57,374 nucleotides of DNA, taken from Nitrospirota bacterium (lineage in GTDB: Bacteria; Nitrospirota; Thermodesulfovibrionia; Thermodesulfovibrionales; JdFR-85). The notes under the pieces were generated by a model that did not search any database, had not been told where the DNA came from, and worked only from the letters and a program-made list of their open reading frames with translations. Location: positions 1 to 57,374 of the forward strand of contig DROX01000012.1 of assembly GCA_011321725.1 (NCBI GenBank). Direction: 5' to 3'. The translations under genes and the position numbers were made by a program. Below, in pieces: positions 1-8,705 of this stretch. The number at the start of each line of letters is the position of its first letter. Position 1 is the first letter of the stretch.

Positions 1-7
1 GAGCAGT

Positions 8-68
8 TGATGGGTGGATGGGTAGATGAGTAAATGGGTTGATGGGATAACAGTGAGCAGTGAGCAGT
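8..68. repeat. Short tandem repeat block at window edge: five 8-nt units NGATGGGT, then TAACAGT and two GAGCAGT heptamers
   Basis: Read directly: tgatgggt(8-15) ggatgggt(16-23) agatgagt(24-31) aaatgggt(32-39) tgatggga(40-47). GAGCAGT occurs at 1-7, 55-61 and 62-68. The 8-nt period is not a multiple of 3, so this is not a peptide repeat. Confidence 0.8.
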
Positions 69-405
69 AAGAAGAGGCCCTCCGAAAAATCGCAGATTTT
101 TCGGAGTAGAGAGGTGGTTCATCATGGCATTGATGCACCCCCACCTTCATCCTCCCCCTTCAAGGGGGAGGTATGGAGGGGGTGGTCTTTTAAGACTTAA
201 GTGTATAGATAAGGGTCTTGATGTAAGATACCTGAGGTATTGCTACATGGCATTCTTCACCACCTCTGGGCCTATAGGGTTTGTTTCTTTACTTGATTTA
301 GTGTATAAGGATAAAAAAGAGATTACTTTATTGTTTAATCCTGTGGTTGGCTTATTTTTATGAGGTGCCCTGCCTTGACAGGGATTTCTTTTGGAGAGAT
401 CTGAG

Positions 406-435
406 TTGAAATATATCCATGGATTGCTTTATTAT
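406..435 (+). promoter_or_regulatory. Putative sigma-70 promoter of apgM: TTGAAA-N18-TATTAT, with the ATG 5 nt after the -10 box (leaderless candidate)
   Basis: TTGAAA at 406-411, TATTAT at 430-435, ATG at 441. No Shine-Dalgarno sequence lies between them. Confidence 0.35.
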
Positions 436-440
436 CTTAT

Positions 441-1649
441 ATGCAGGGATTGATAGAGAAACTGATCCAGAGAAACAATACCAAGATATTCATGTTTGTC
501 CTTGACGGTGTGGGAGGTCTGCCTGTAAAGGGAAAGACAGAGCTTGAGGCTGCCCATACCCCGAACCTTGATGAGCTTGCCAGGAGATCTGCAACAGGGC
601 TTCATATCCCTGTGGAGTACGGGATAACACCAGGAAGTGGACCAGGCCATCTTGGTATCTTTGGTTATAACCCACAGGACTGGGAGATCGGCAGGGGCGT
701 GCTTGAGGCACTGGGGCTTGGTATTGAACTGACTGACAGGGATGTGGCAATAAGATGCAACTATGCCACCATACAGGAGGGTCTTGTAAAGGACAGAAGG
801 GCAGGGCGGATCCCCACGGAGAAGAACAGGGCCCTTACAGCAAGGCTCCAGGAGGAGATAAGACAGATAGACGAGGCAGAGATAATCTTCTCACCCGGGA
901 TGGAACACCGATTCGCTGTAGTGCTGAGGTTTCCCGAGCCCCTTGAACCTGATTCTGACATGGTAAATGATACAGACCCTCAGAAGGTAGGCAAGCCGCC
1001 GCTTAAGCCCGAGCCTGCCAACCATCAGTCTGAAAGGGTGGCACGTATCGCGGAGAAACTCATAAAAAAGGCAGCAGAGATACTCAGGGATGAGGAGCCT
1101 GCAAATTACATACTTCTGAGGGGCATATCACAGGTGCCGCGCATACCCACCATTGAGCAGCGGTTCGGACTCAGGGCGCTTGCTATAGCAGTCTATCCCA
1201 TGTACAGGGGGCTGGCCAGGCTGATAGGTATGGACACACCACCTGTCAATGGTGACATAAAGGAGGAGGTGGCATTTTTAAGGGAAAACCTCCAGGAGTA
1301 TGACTTCTTCTTTGTTCATATTAAGAAGGTTGACTCCTATGGCGAGGATGGTAACTTTGAAGCAAAGTCCAGGAAGATAGAGGAGTTTGATGCGGTACTC
1401 CCTGAGATACTCTCCCTGAAACCCGATGTGCTAATTGTCACGGGTGACCATTCCACACCAGCGCTAATGAAGGAGCATAGCTGGCATCCTGTGCCTGTCC
1501 TTATACATGCACCGTATGTGCTTGGCGGTCTGAGCAATGGTTTTTCCGAAAGGGAGTGCCTTAAGGGTGAGCTTGGTATCTTTCATGCCTACCATATCCT
1601 GCCCATCGCCCTTGCCAATACAGGCAGGCTGAAGAAGTTCGGGGCCTGA
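441..1649 (+). CDS. apgM: 2,3-bisphosphoglycerate-independent phosphoglycerate mutase, archaeal type (alkaline-phosphatase superfamily)
   Basis: 402-aa ORF. N-terminus KIFMFVLDGVGGLP...TELEAAHTPNLDELA and C-terminal VTGDHSTPA...HSWHPVPV are typical of the ApgM family. Confidence 0.85.
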   Translation: MQGLIEKLIQRNNTKIFMFVLDGVGGLPVKGKTELEAAHTPNLDELARRSATGLHIPVEYGITPGSGPGHLGIFGYNPQDWEIGRGVLEALGLGIELTDRDVAIRCNYATIQEGLVKDRRAGRIPTEKNRALTARLQEEIRQIDEAEIIFSPGMEHRFAVVLRFPEPLEPDSDMVNDTDPQKVGKPPLKPEPANHQSERVARIAEKLIKKAAEILRDEEPANYILLRGISQVPRIPTIEQRFGLRALAIAVYPMYRGLARLIGMDTPPVNGDIKEEVAFLRENLQEYDFFFVHIKKVDSYGEDGNFEAKSRKIEEFDAVLPEILSLKPDVLIVTGDHSTPALMKEHSWHPVPVLIHAPYVLGGLSNGFSERECLKGELGIFHAYHILPIALANTGRLKKFGA

Positions 1650-1667
1650 GCAGTCCATTTAACAATT

Positions 1668-3065
1668 ATGAGCAACAAGAGATTGAAGATGGAAAAAGAG
1701 GTCCTTGTGGATACCCACTGTCACCTTGATATGCCAGAGTTTGATGATGACAGGGATGAGGTCATCAAAAGGGCGCTGGATGCAGGTGTTGAAAGTATCA
1801 TATGTATTGGAACGGATGAGGAGAGTTCCAGGGCCGCAATTGAGCTTTCAAGGAAGTACAAAGAGATTGTGTATGCCACTGTTGGGATTCACCCCCATGA
1901 TGCTAGGCTCTATTCAGATGAACACAGTGAAAGATTGAAGGCACTTGCCAGGCAGGAGGGTGTGGTCGGTATTGGAGAGATTGGCCTGGATTACCACTAC
2001 GACAACTCTCCAAGGGATGCCCAGAGGAATGCCTTTGTCAGACAGCTTGAGGTTGCTGTGGAACTACAGCTTCCTGTTGTCATACACAGCAGGGAGGCCA
2101 GGAAGGATACGATGAGGATTCTCCGGGAGAGCGGTGCAACACGGGGTGTAATGCACTGCTTCTCAGGTGACCGGCATATGGCAGAGGAGGCAATGGCCCT
2201 GGGGTTTTATATCTCCATTGCAGGTCCGGTAACCTTCAAGAATGCCAGAAGGCTTGCAGAGATCGCCACCTCTGTGCCTGATGAATATCTGCTCGTGGAA
2301 ACGGATGCTCCCTACCTTACGCCTGTTCCCCACAGGGGCAAGAGGAACGAGCCAGCCTATCTTGTCCATACTGTTGAGAGGATCGCTGAGTTAAGAGGTG
2401 TCCGTCCATCGGATATTGCAAGGATCACCACAGTGAATGCAAGGAGACTCTTCAGGATCGGAAGGCTTCCCCACAGTGGCACCATCGCGTACAAGATCAG
2501 GGATTCCCTCTATCTCAACATAACAAACCGGTGTTCAAACTCCTGTACATTCTGCATAAGATTCCACAGTGATTATGTAAAGGGCCACAACCTGAGGCTT
2601 GAACACGAGCCTGCACTGGAGGAGTTAAAGGCTGCAATAGGGGATCCAAAGAATTACAGGGAGATCGTCTTCTGCGGGTATGGTGAACCCCTGATAAGGC
2701 TTGATCTTGTCAGGGAACTCTCTTCGTGGATCAAGTCAAAAGGTGGAAGGGTCAGGATCAACACAAATGGCCATGGCAACCTGATACACCAGAGAAACAT
2801 CCTTCCCGAACTGAAAGGGCTTGTGGATGCCTTCTCCATAAGCCTTGATGCACAGGATGAGGAGACATACAACAGGCTCTGCAAGCCCCTGTACAGGAAC
2901 GCATTCAGGGCTGTGCTTGACTTTATCAGGAAGGCAAAGTCCATAACCGATGATGTAACCGTTACAGTCGTTGCTGTTCCAGAGGTTGATATTGAGAGGT
3001 GCAGAGAGCTGGCAGAGGAGCTTGGTGTCAGGTTCAGGGTCAGGGAGTATAATGTGGTGGGATGA
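1668..3065 (+). CDS. Fusion protein: TatD-family metal-dependent hydrolase (N-terminal, about 265 aa) plus a small radical SAM domain (C-terminal, about 195 aa; TatD-associated radical SAM family)
   Basis: N-terminus LVDTHCHLD, GEIGLDYHY, VVIHSREA, VMHCFSG and ETDAPYL are TatD motifs. The C-terminal CSNSCTFC (CX3CX2C) lies at nt 2532-2555, followed by GYGEPL. It is one uninterrupted frame. The start could be Met8 (nt 1689). Confidence 0.8.
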   Translation: MSNKRLKMEKEVLVDTHCHLDMPEFDDDRDEVIKRALDAGVESIICIGTDEESSRAAIELSRKYKEIVYATVGIHPHDARLYSDEHSERLKALARQEGVVGIGEIGLDYHYDNSPRDAQRNAFVRQLEVAVELQLPVVIHSREARKDTMRILRESGATRGVMHCFSGDRHMAEEAMALGFYISIAGPVTFKNARRLAEIATSVPDEYLLVETDAPYLTPVPHRGKRNEPAYLVHTVERIAELRGVRPSDIARITTVNARRLFRIGRLPHSGTIAYKIRDSLYLNITNRCSNSCTFCIRFHSDYVKGHNLRLEHEPALEELKAAIGDPKNYREIVFCGYGEPLIRLDLVRELSSWIKSKGGRVRINTNGHGNLIHQRNILPELKGLVDAFSISLDAQDEETYNRLCKPLYRNAFRAVLDFIRKAKSITDDVTVTVVAVPEVDIERCRELAEELGVRFRVREYNVVG

Positions 3066-3154
3066 GGAATTTTTTTGTAGCATTTCTATCTGAAAGATGA
3101 TATAATTAAAAAAGAGATGCCACTGAAAATCCTTCCATACAGGAGCCACCTGAG

Positions 3155-4522
3155 ATGAGCATCACCATTGTAGGTGGTGGAATCTCAGGCCTTTCATTAG
3201 CATATTATCTCCTTGAAAAAGAACCAAAATTAGACATCCTGATCCTTGAGGCGGAAAAACGTCCTGGCGGGAAGATATGGACCGACAGAGTAGATGGTTA
3301 TCTCTGCGAAAGTGGTGTTAACGGTTTCCTTGACAACAAACCCAGAACCCTTGAGTTCATAAAGGCACTGTCCCTTGAACCCCTCAGGAGTTACGATGCC
3401 TCGCAGAAGCGCTATATATACAAAAAGGGCAAACTCTACAGGCTTCCCGAGTCCCCGGCGGAATTCCTCTCCTCAGGGCTTATAAGCCCATGCGGTAAGG
3501 GAAGGCTCCTCTTTGAGATTCTTACCCCCAGAGGCTCGGATGAGGATGAGACCCTGGCCAGCTTTGCAAGGAGGCGGCTCGGGAAAGAGGCATATGAGAT
3601 GTTTATTGATCCAATGGCCTCAGGTGTTTATGCCGGTGACCCCGAGAGGCTGAGTATCAGGAGCTGTTTCCCGCGAATCTATCAGCTTGAGAGGGATTAT
3701 GGAAGTCTATTCAAGGCACTGTACAGGCTTCAGAGAGAGGCAAAGAAGACAGGAAGAAAGGTGGGCCCCTCACCGGGCGGCAGGCTGACATCCTTTTACG
3801 AAGGGATGGGGACAGTTATAAAAAAACTTAAGGAATATCTTAGCAATAAGATAAAAACATCAAGTAAAGTGTTAGGGATAGAAAGACGCAATGAGAGGTA
3901 TCATCTTCATACATCATCACAGGAGGAGGTGATAACGGAAAGGGTTGTCTTTGCCTGTCCAGCCCATGAGGCTGAGGAGATATTTAAGGATTTTGACAGG
4001 CGGTTTGCCCATGAGCTTTCCCAGATACCCTATCCACCTGTTACGGTTGTATGTCTCGGTTACAGGATTGAGGATATCTCCCACAGTCTTGATGGTTTTG
4101 GGTTTCTTGTACCCGGTGTTGAGAAGAGGAGGATACTGGGCACACTCTGGGATTCAAGTATTTTCCCTAACAGGGCACCAGAGGGTAGTGTACTGCTCAG
4201 GACAATGGTGGGAGGTGCAAGGAATCCTGACCTGGCCCTCATGGATGATAAAGATCTCCTTCAGACGGTGAGGGAGGAGCTTGATCATATAATGGGGCTT
4301 GATGCGGAACCGGAACTTGTAAGACTCTACAGGCATGAAAGGGCCATACCACAGTACAATCTGGGACACCACAGGATTGTTGATGAGCTTGACCGGCTCT
4401 GTAATTCCACTGATGGTATCTACCTGACTGGCAATGCATATCGGGGAATAGGATTCAATGACTGTATTGAGAACTCCTTCAGCCTGAGTCAGAGGATATC
4501 AGAAGAGCTGGGAATTAATTGA
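3155..4522 (+). CDS. hemY: Protoporphyrinogen / coproporphyrinogen III oxidase, FAD-dependent (HemY/CgoX family)
   Basis: 455 aa. N-terminal dinucleotide fold IVGGGISGLSLAYYL...LEAEKRPGGKIWT and C-terminal GIYLTGNAYRGIGFNDCI. An AGGAG sequence lies 10 nt upstream of the ATG. Confidence 0.8.
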   Translation: MSITIVGGGISGLSLAYYLLEKEPKLDILILEAEKRPGGKIWTDRVDGYLCESGVNGFLDNKPRTLEFIKALSLEPLRSYDASQKRYIYKKGKLYRLPESPAEFLSSGLISPCGKGRLLFEILTPRGSDEDETLASFARRRLGKEAYEMFIDPMASGVYAGDPERLSIRSCFPRIYQLERDYGSLFKALYRLQREAKKTGRKVGPSPGGRLTSFYEGMGTVIKKLKEYLSNKIKTSSKVLGIERRNERYHLHTSSQEEVITERVVFACPAHEAEEIFKDFDRRFAHELSQIPYPPVTVVCLGYRIEDISHSLDGFGFLVPGVEKRRILGTLWDSSIFPNRAPEGSVLLRTMVGGARNPDLALMDDKDLLQTVREELDHIMGLDAEPELVRLYRHERAIPQYNLGHHRIVDELDRLCNSTDGIYLTGNAYRGIGFNDCIENSFSLSQRISEELGIN

Positions 4523-4577
4523 GTCTTTTAATTTAAAATCCAATCTAACCATCCGCAGGGATGGGAAAGGAGGCAAG

Positions 4578-4811
4578 ATGAGAGAACAGGAGATCATGGA
4601 TGTTTTGAGAGCAGAAAACGAGGAGTTCAGGAAGCTTGAGCAGGAGCACAGGGCACTTGATATGAAGCTGCAGCAATATGAGGGCAAACCATACCTTACC
4701 GCAGAGGATGAGATCCAGATCAAGAGCATCAAGAAACAGAAGCTTGCAAGAAAGGACAGGATGGCGGAACTGATCAGACAGTACAAAAGGATGGCCCTGG
4801 CAAACAACTGA
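4578..4811 (+). CDS. Small coiled-coil protein, DUF465 (YdcH-like) family
   Basis: 77 aa. The pattern ...FRKLEQEHRALDMKLQ...LTAEDEIQIKSIKKQKLARKDRM is typical of DUF465. A strong SD (GGAAAGGAGG) lies upstream and a terminator follows. Confidence 0.6.
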   Translation: MREQEIMDVLRAENEEFRKLEQEHRALDMKLQQYEGKPYLTAEDEIQIKSIKKQKLARKDRMAELIRQYKRMALANN

Positions 4812-4842
4812 GCATTCAGATAGAACAGAAGTGATTCAACAA

Positions 4843-4870
4843 ATAGCCCCTCTGAGGAGGGGCTATTTGT
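4843..4870. terminator. Bidirectional intrinsic terminator between convergent genes
   Basis: Perfect 10-bp stem atagcccctc(4843-4852) / gaggggctat(4857-4866) with a 4-nt loop, followed by ttgtt. The stop codon of the minus-strand transglutaminase gene (4863-4865) lies inside the stem. Confidence 0.75.
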
Positions 4871-6764
4871 TGCGTAGCTTCTTTTTTAATAAACCATATA
4901 ACTGGAAATATCTGTTCTTGTGATCCTCATCAGTCCTGTTAGAGAATCTGATGGCTTCATAGAGCAGTAAAAACTCCTTTAAGTATGGATAAACCTCCCG
5001 GTCTTTTTCAATGATTGCAAGGATATCCTTTGCTGTGAGGGATGCATTTACTGGGTAGTCCCTTTTGAGCCTTCTTCTTATCCTCAGATAGTATCTGCTT
5101 TCAGTTGACAGGGCTGTCTGTTTCAGAAGAACAAAACCTGCAATCCCCGTTATCAATAGCAATATCATGAGATATAAAGGCCATCTCTTAATCTCAAGCT
5201 CGGGCATCCTCCAGAAGTCCCTTCTGACAGGCCTTTCAAATACCCTGAAGAGTCTCTTCTGGTCACTGCTGCTGTAGCCCACCACATACCTCTCCCACTT
5301 CATTTTCAGAAGGTCAAGGTAGAGAAAGAGCGGGGAGTTTTCTCCTGTCTCAACTGCTGGTGTGGGGTCAAACCTGACCCAGGTACCATCAATAAATGCC
5401 TCCACCCAGGTGTGGGCATCCTTCTGCCTGACTATATAGTATCTGCCATACCTGTTGTATTCACCTCCCATATAGCCTGATACAACCCTGGCAGGTATCC
5501 CCGCTGACCTTAGCATCAGGACCATGGAGGTTGCGTAGTGCTCACAGTAACCCTTTTTCTCTTCAAGCAGAAAATATCTCACAGGATTTATATTGGGTGG
5601 TGTGGAGGGGGCCAGTGAATAGGTGTAGTTGTTCCTGAGAAATGATTCTATGGCCCTTGCCATCTCCATCCCATCATTAAGACCAGCTATGATTTTCCCT
5701 GTGAATCCAGTAATCCACTGCATATCCTCTGGCAGCTGAAGATAAACCGGCGAGGCACGGCTGCCTTTAAATGGCCTGTTTGTACTCTGAAGTGTATAAC
5801 GTACCCTCTTGCCTTTTTTCCTCGGAATGTATAGATCTCCTGAGTCTGTAATACCAAGGCTCTTACTGTCAATCACCAACGTGAAGGCCCCTCTCAGGCC
5901 GAAGATCAGGTCTGTCTCAAGGGGTTCAAGGATTACCTCCTGTCTGAAACCCTCTTGAATCTCCCCCTCCGAGAGCTTGAATACCCCCTTGAGGCCTTTA
6001 TATTCTCTGAACCCCTGCCGGAGGCTTCTCCATGTGTTACCACTGTAGATATCATAGGTCATACCCCTCCAGTAGGGCTTAAAGCCCCTTTCAGGCCTGA
6101 CGGATATCCTCATAACCACGGTGGGGTCAAGTTTTATACTGCCCAGGCTCCCGAGGCTTACCTTCTCGGAAAAGCCCGATTTGATCCCCTTTGAGAGCGG
6201 TCTTCCAAAGAGGCTCCCCCTGAATCTTGGGAGCACAAGGAAAAAGACCGTGGTCAGAAGGATCAGCAGCAAGGTCATTGTCACCATGGGACGAAGAAAT
6301 CCTTTAATCCCTTCAGCCCCCTCCTTTATTATGTGGGAGTAGAACATAGCAAGCACCATCCCTGCCATGAATACAAGGAATATTACACCAAAGATCATGG
6401 ACCTTGTTATCTCGGAGGCAAGGAGCAGCTGGATAAGTGCCATAAAGAAGACCTGCAGGGGATCCCAGGGGTCTTTCATATCAAAGGCCTTGATGGCGTG
6501 AAAGAACATGGTAAGGTGACCAACAGCAGAGATTACATCCCTGGATATCTTTATATCAATAAAGAACAGGATGAGCGCAAGGGTGGAAAGTCCGCCTGTG
6601 ATAAACCTGTGGGCCTGGGGGTATCCCTTTGCAGCCCTGTAATAACCGACCAGCACAAAGGGAGTTGTGAGCAGAAAGAAAGGAAGCATCCCCTCTGTCA
6701 GTAGCAGGCTGCTACTGCCAACAAGGGCGATCAGGCAGGTAAGTATCTTATAACTCGCTGGCAT
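4863..6764 (-). CDS. Membrane-anchored transglutaminase-like cysteine protease/crosslinker (DUF3488-TGase-DUF4129 architecture, TgpA-like)
   Basis: Multiple N-terminal TM helices. The TGase core shows KGYCEHYATSMVLMLRSAGIPARVVSGY (Cys), DAHTWVEAF (His) and RFDPTP (Asp). The ORF is open to 6857, but Met32 (nt 6764) gives a normal 17-nt overlap with the upstream DUF58 gene and starts at the first TM segment. Confidence 0.8.
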   Translation of the reverse strand: MPASYKILTCLIALVGSSSLLLTEGMLPFFLLTTPFVLVGYYRAAKGYPQAHRFITGGLSTLALILFFIDIKISRDVISAVGHLTMFFHAIKAFDMKDPWDPLQVFFMALIQLLLASEITRSMIFGVIFLVFMAGMVLAMFYSHIIKEGAEGIKGFLRPMVTMTLLLILLTTVFFLVLPRFRGSLFGRPLSKGIKSGFSEKVSLGSLGSIKLDPTVVMRISVRPERGFKPYWRGMTYDIYSGNTWRSLRQGFREYKGLKGVFKLSEGEIQEGFRQEVILEPLETDLIFGLRGAFTLVIDSKSLGITDSGDLYIPRKKGKRVRYTLQSTNRPFKGSRASPVYLQLPEDMQWITGFTGKIIAGLNDGMEMARAIESFLRNNYTYSLAPSTPPNINPVRYFLLEEKKGYCEHYATSMVLMLRSAGIPARVVSGYMGGEYNRYGRYYIVRQKDAHTWVEAFIDGTWVRFDPTPAVETGENSPLFLYLDLLKMKWERYVVGYSSSDQKRLFRVFERPVRRDFWRMPELEIKRWPLYLMILLLITGIAGFVLLKQTALSTESRYYLRIRRRLKRDYPVNASLTAKDILAIIEKDREVYPYLKEFLLLYEAIRFSNRTDEDHKNRYFQLYGLLKKKLRNK

Positions 6765-7773
6765 GGTAAAGCCTTGATGCAACCACTGAATAATTGGCCA
6801 GAGAGGAGCCGGGACCGGAGAGTATGAAGACCACATCACCCTCAAGTGATTCCGCAAGGGGACTTCTTATCTCCTCTGACTCCTTCAGCAGGGCAAGGTG
6901 GTCAAGTATCTTGTACAGATGCTCTCTTCCAGTTCCAGGTGGAACAGCCTTCTGGCAGGTAACAAACCTGAGGGTAATCCCCCTCCTTATAAGTTCAGCT
7001 GACAGGGAGGCGGCAAAGGAGATGGCCCTTTCAAAGGTCTCCCTGTCAGGGTATCTAAGGCTGTCAAGTACAATGGTCATCCTTCTGCTCATACCCTCGT
7101 GATACTCTTTTACCATGAAGGTACCCGTCCTTGCTGTTGCCTTCCAGTGTATGCTCCTGAGGGGATCTCCGTAACGGTAGTCCCTGAGTCCATGGAACTC
7201 CTCTTCTTCTGGTGCCTTCATTATGCCCTCTCCTGACCTCGTCTCCGTGACCAGTCTTTCCACCTCATCTGTTACATCCATAACCTCGGGATATACGAGG
7301 AAGGTTGTACCACCTTCCTTCTGTTGCATTGTCTTTGAGACAACAAAGAATATGAAGGGGAATGATGTCTGTACAGAAAGGTTGGATACACTGTATCTGC
7401 CCCTCCTGGGAAAGAGAAGATACTTGTTATATCTGAGATCACCGCCTGGCAGGACCTTCTGGATATAAATGCCTTCATCGTCAACCCTGGGGAGCCTTAT
7501 CCTCAGTGAATAGGATGAGAGGTGCACCTTTGAATTTCTGATGGTAAACCCCACAGGGGCTTTCAGGTTTGCATAAAGAGGCTCCTCAATCGCAAGCTCC
7601 ACATCAATACCTCTAAGGGTCAGGAAGGCGGCTGATAGGGATAGCACCGTAGCGGATAGCATCAGCCCCAGTATGAGATACATGAGGTTGTTGGCTGTAT
7701 TGAAGGCTGCAAAGGCAACCACCAGAAGGGCAAGGAGAAAACGTTTTCCTTCTCTTGTGAGTGATACCTTCAT
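6748..7773 (-). CDS. DUF58 domain protein (MoxR-associated, vWA-like)
   Basis: 341 aa. Two N-terminal TM helices, and the motif EFHGLRDYRYGDPLRSIHWKATARTG is the DUF58 signature. ATGA overlap with moxR (7770-7773). Confidence 0.75.
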   Translation of the reverse strand: MKVSLTREGKRFLLALLVVAFAAFNTANNLMYLILGLMLSATVLSLSAAFLTLRGIDVELAIEEPLYANLKAPVGFTIRNSKVHLSSYSLRIRLPRVDDEGIYIQKVLPGGDLRYNKYLLFPRRGRYSVSNLSVQTSFPFIFFVVSKTMQQKEGGTTFLVYPEVMDVTDEVERLVTETRSGEGIMKAPEEEEFHGLRDYRYGDPLRSIHWKATARTGTFMVKEYHEGMSRRMTIVLDSLRYPDRETFERAISFAASLSAELIRRGITLRFVTCQKAVPPGTGREHLYKILDHLALLKESEEIRSPLAESLEGDVVFILSGPGSSLANYSVVASRLYHASEL

Positions 7774-8690
7774 ACCGGAACAGGGATGGAATCAAGTATC
7801 TCTTTCACTATCTCCACAGCGTCTCTAATGTAGGTTCTGCTCTTGAGGATTATCCTGTGTCCTATAACGAGGGGAGCAACGGACTTTATATCATCAGGGA
7901 CTAAATAGTCACGTCCGTCAACAATGGCATGCCCCCTTGCAGCCCTCAGGAGGAACTGTGCCCCCCTTGTGCTTACACCAAGACGTATATCCCTGTGTCT
8001 TCGCGTGGTGTCAACAATTCTCAGGAGATAGTCATAGAGTGAGTCATCCACATGTACGGAGTTGACCCTTGCCTGAGTCTTTATAATTTCATCCCTTGTT
8101 ACCACAGGCCTTATTGATTCAATTAAGTCAAGCCCCTTCATCTCCTTGAGGATCTGCTTCTCGTCGTCATATTCAGGGTAACCGATTCTCAGATGCATCA
8201 TGAATCTGTCAAGCTGGCTTTCGGGTAGGGGAAATGTGCCATGGTATTCAAGTGGGTTCTGTGTAGCGATCACCATGAAGGGGCAGGGCAGGGGTAGGGT
8301 GTTTCTCTCTATGGAGACCTTTTTCTCGTTCATGGCCTCAAGTAGTGCTGACTGTGTCTTGGGGTTTGTCCTGTTGATCTCATCGGCAAGCACTATATTG
8401 GCAAATATGGGGCCCCGGCGGAACTCAAACTCCCTCTTCTCGGGGTTGTATATATTTACACCTATGATGTCCGATGGAAGAAGGTCGCTTGTGAACTGGA
8501 TCCTCTGGAAGGTACAGTCCGTTGCCCTTGCAAGACCAAGGGCAAGGGTTGTCTTACCCACACCAGGGACATCCTCAATGAGGAGATGCCCCTCTGAGAC
8601 GAGGCAGACTATGGCCATCCTGACCACCTCGTCCTTGCCCTTTATAATACCCGTAAGGGTCTTTTTCAGATCCTCAACCCAGTTGGACAT
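7770..8690 (-). CDS. MoxR-family AAA+ ATPase
   Basis: 306 aa. Walker A is EDVPGVGKTT and Walker B is VLADEINR. The family-typical FQRIQFTSDLLPSDIIG is present. Confidence 0.9.
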   Translation of the reverse strand: MSNWVEDLKKTLTGIIKGKDEVVRMAIVCLVSEGHLLIEDVPGVGKTTLALGLARATDCTFQRIQFTSDLLPSDIIGVNIYNPEKREFEFRRGPIFANIVLADEINRTNPKTQSALLEAMNEKKVSIERNTLPLPCPFMVIATQNPLEYHGTFPLPESQLDRFMMHLRIGYPEYDDEKQILKEMKGLDLIESIRPVVTRDEIIKTQARVNSVHVDDSLYDYLLRIVDTTRRHRDIRLGVSTRGAQFLLRAARGHAIVDGRDYLVPDDIKSVAPLVIGHRIILKSRTYIRDAVEIVKEILDSIPVPV

Positions 8691-8705
8691 TCAGATTCAC
8701 AGGAT

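Noticed and set aside
124-363. 79-aa ORF with an upstream GAGGTG and a downstream hairpin
   Set aside because: The N-terminal third is merely the translation of a C-rich/G-rich hairpin (HPHLHPPPSRGRYGGGG). The rest has no recognisable fold or motif. It is kept only as part of the structured-region finding and not called as a CDS.
6765-6857. N-terminal 31-codon extension of the transglutaminase ORF
   Set aside because: It would overlap the upstream DUF58 gene by 110 nt. The extension is not hydrophobic like the rest of the N-terminus. Met32 gives a conventional 17-nt overlap.
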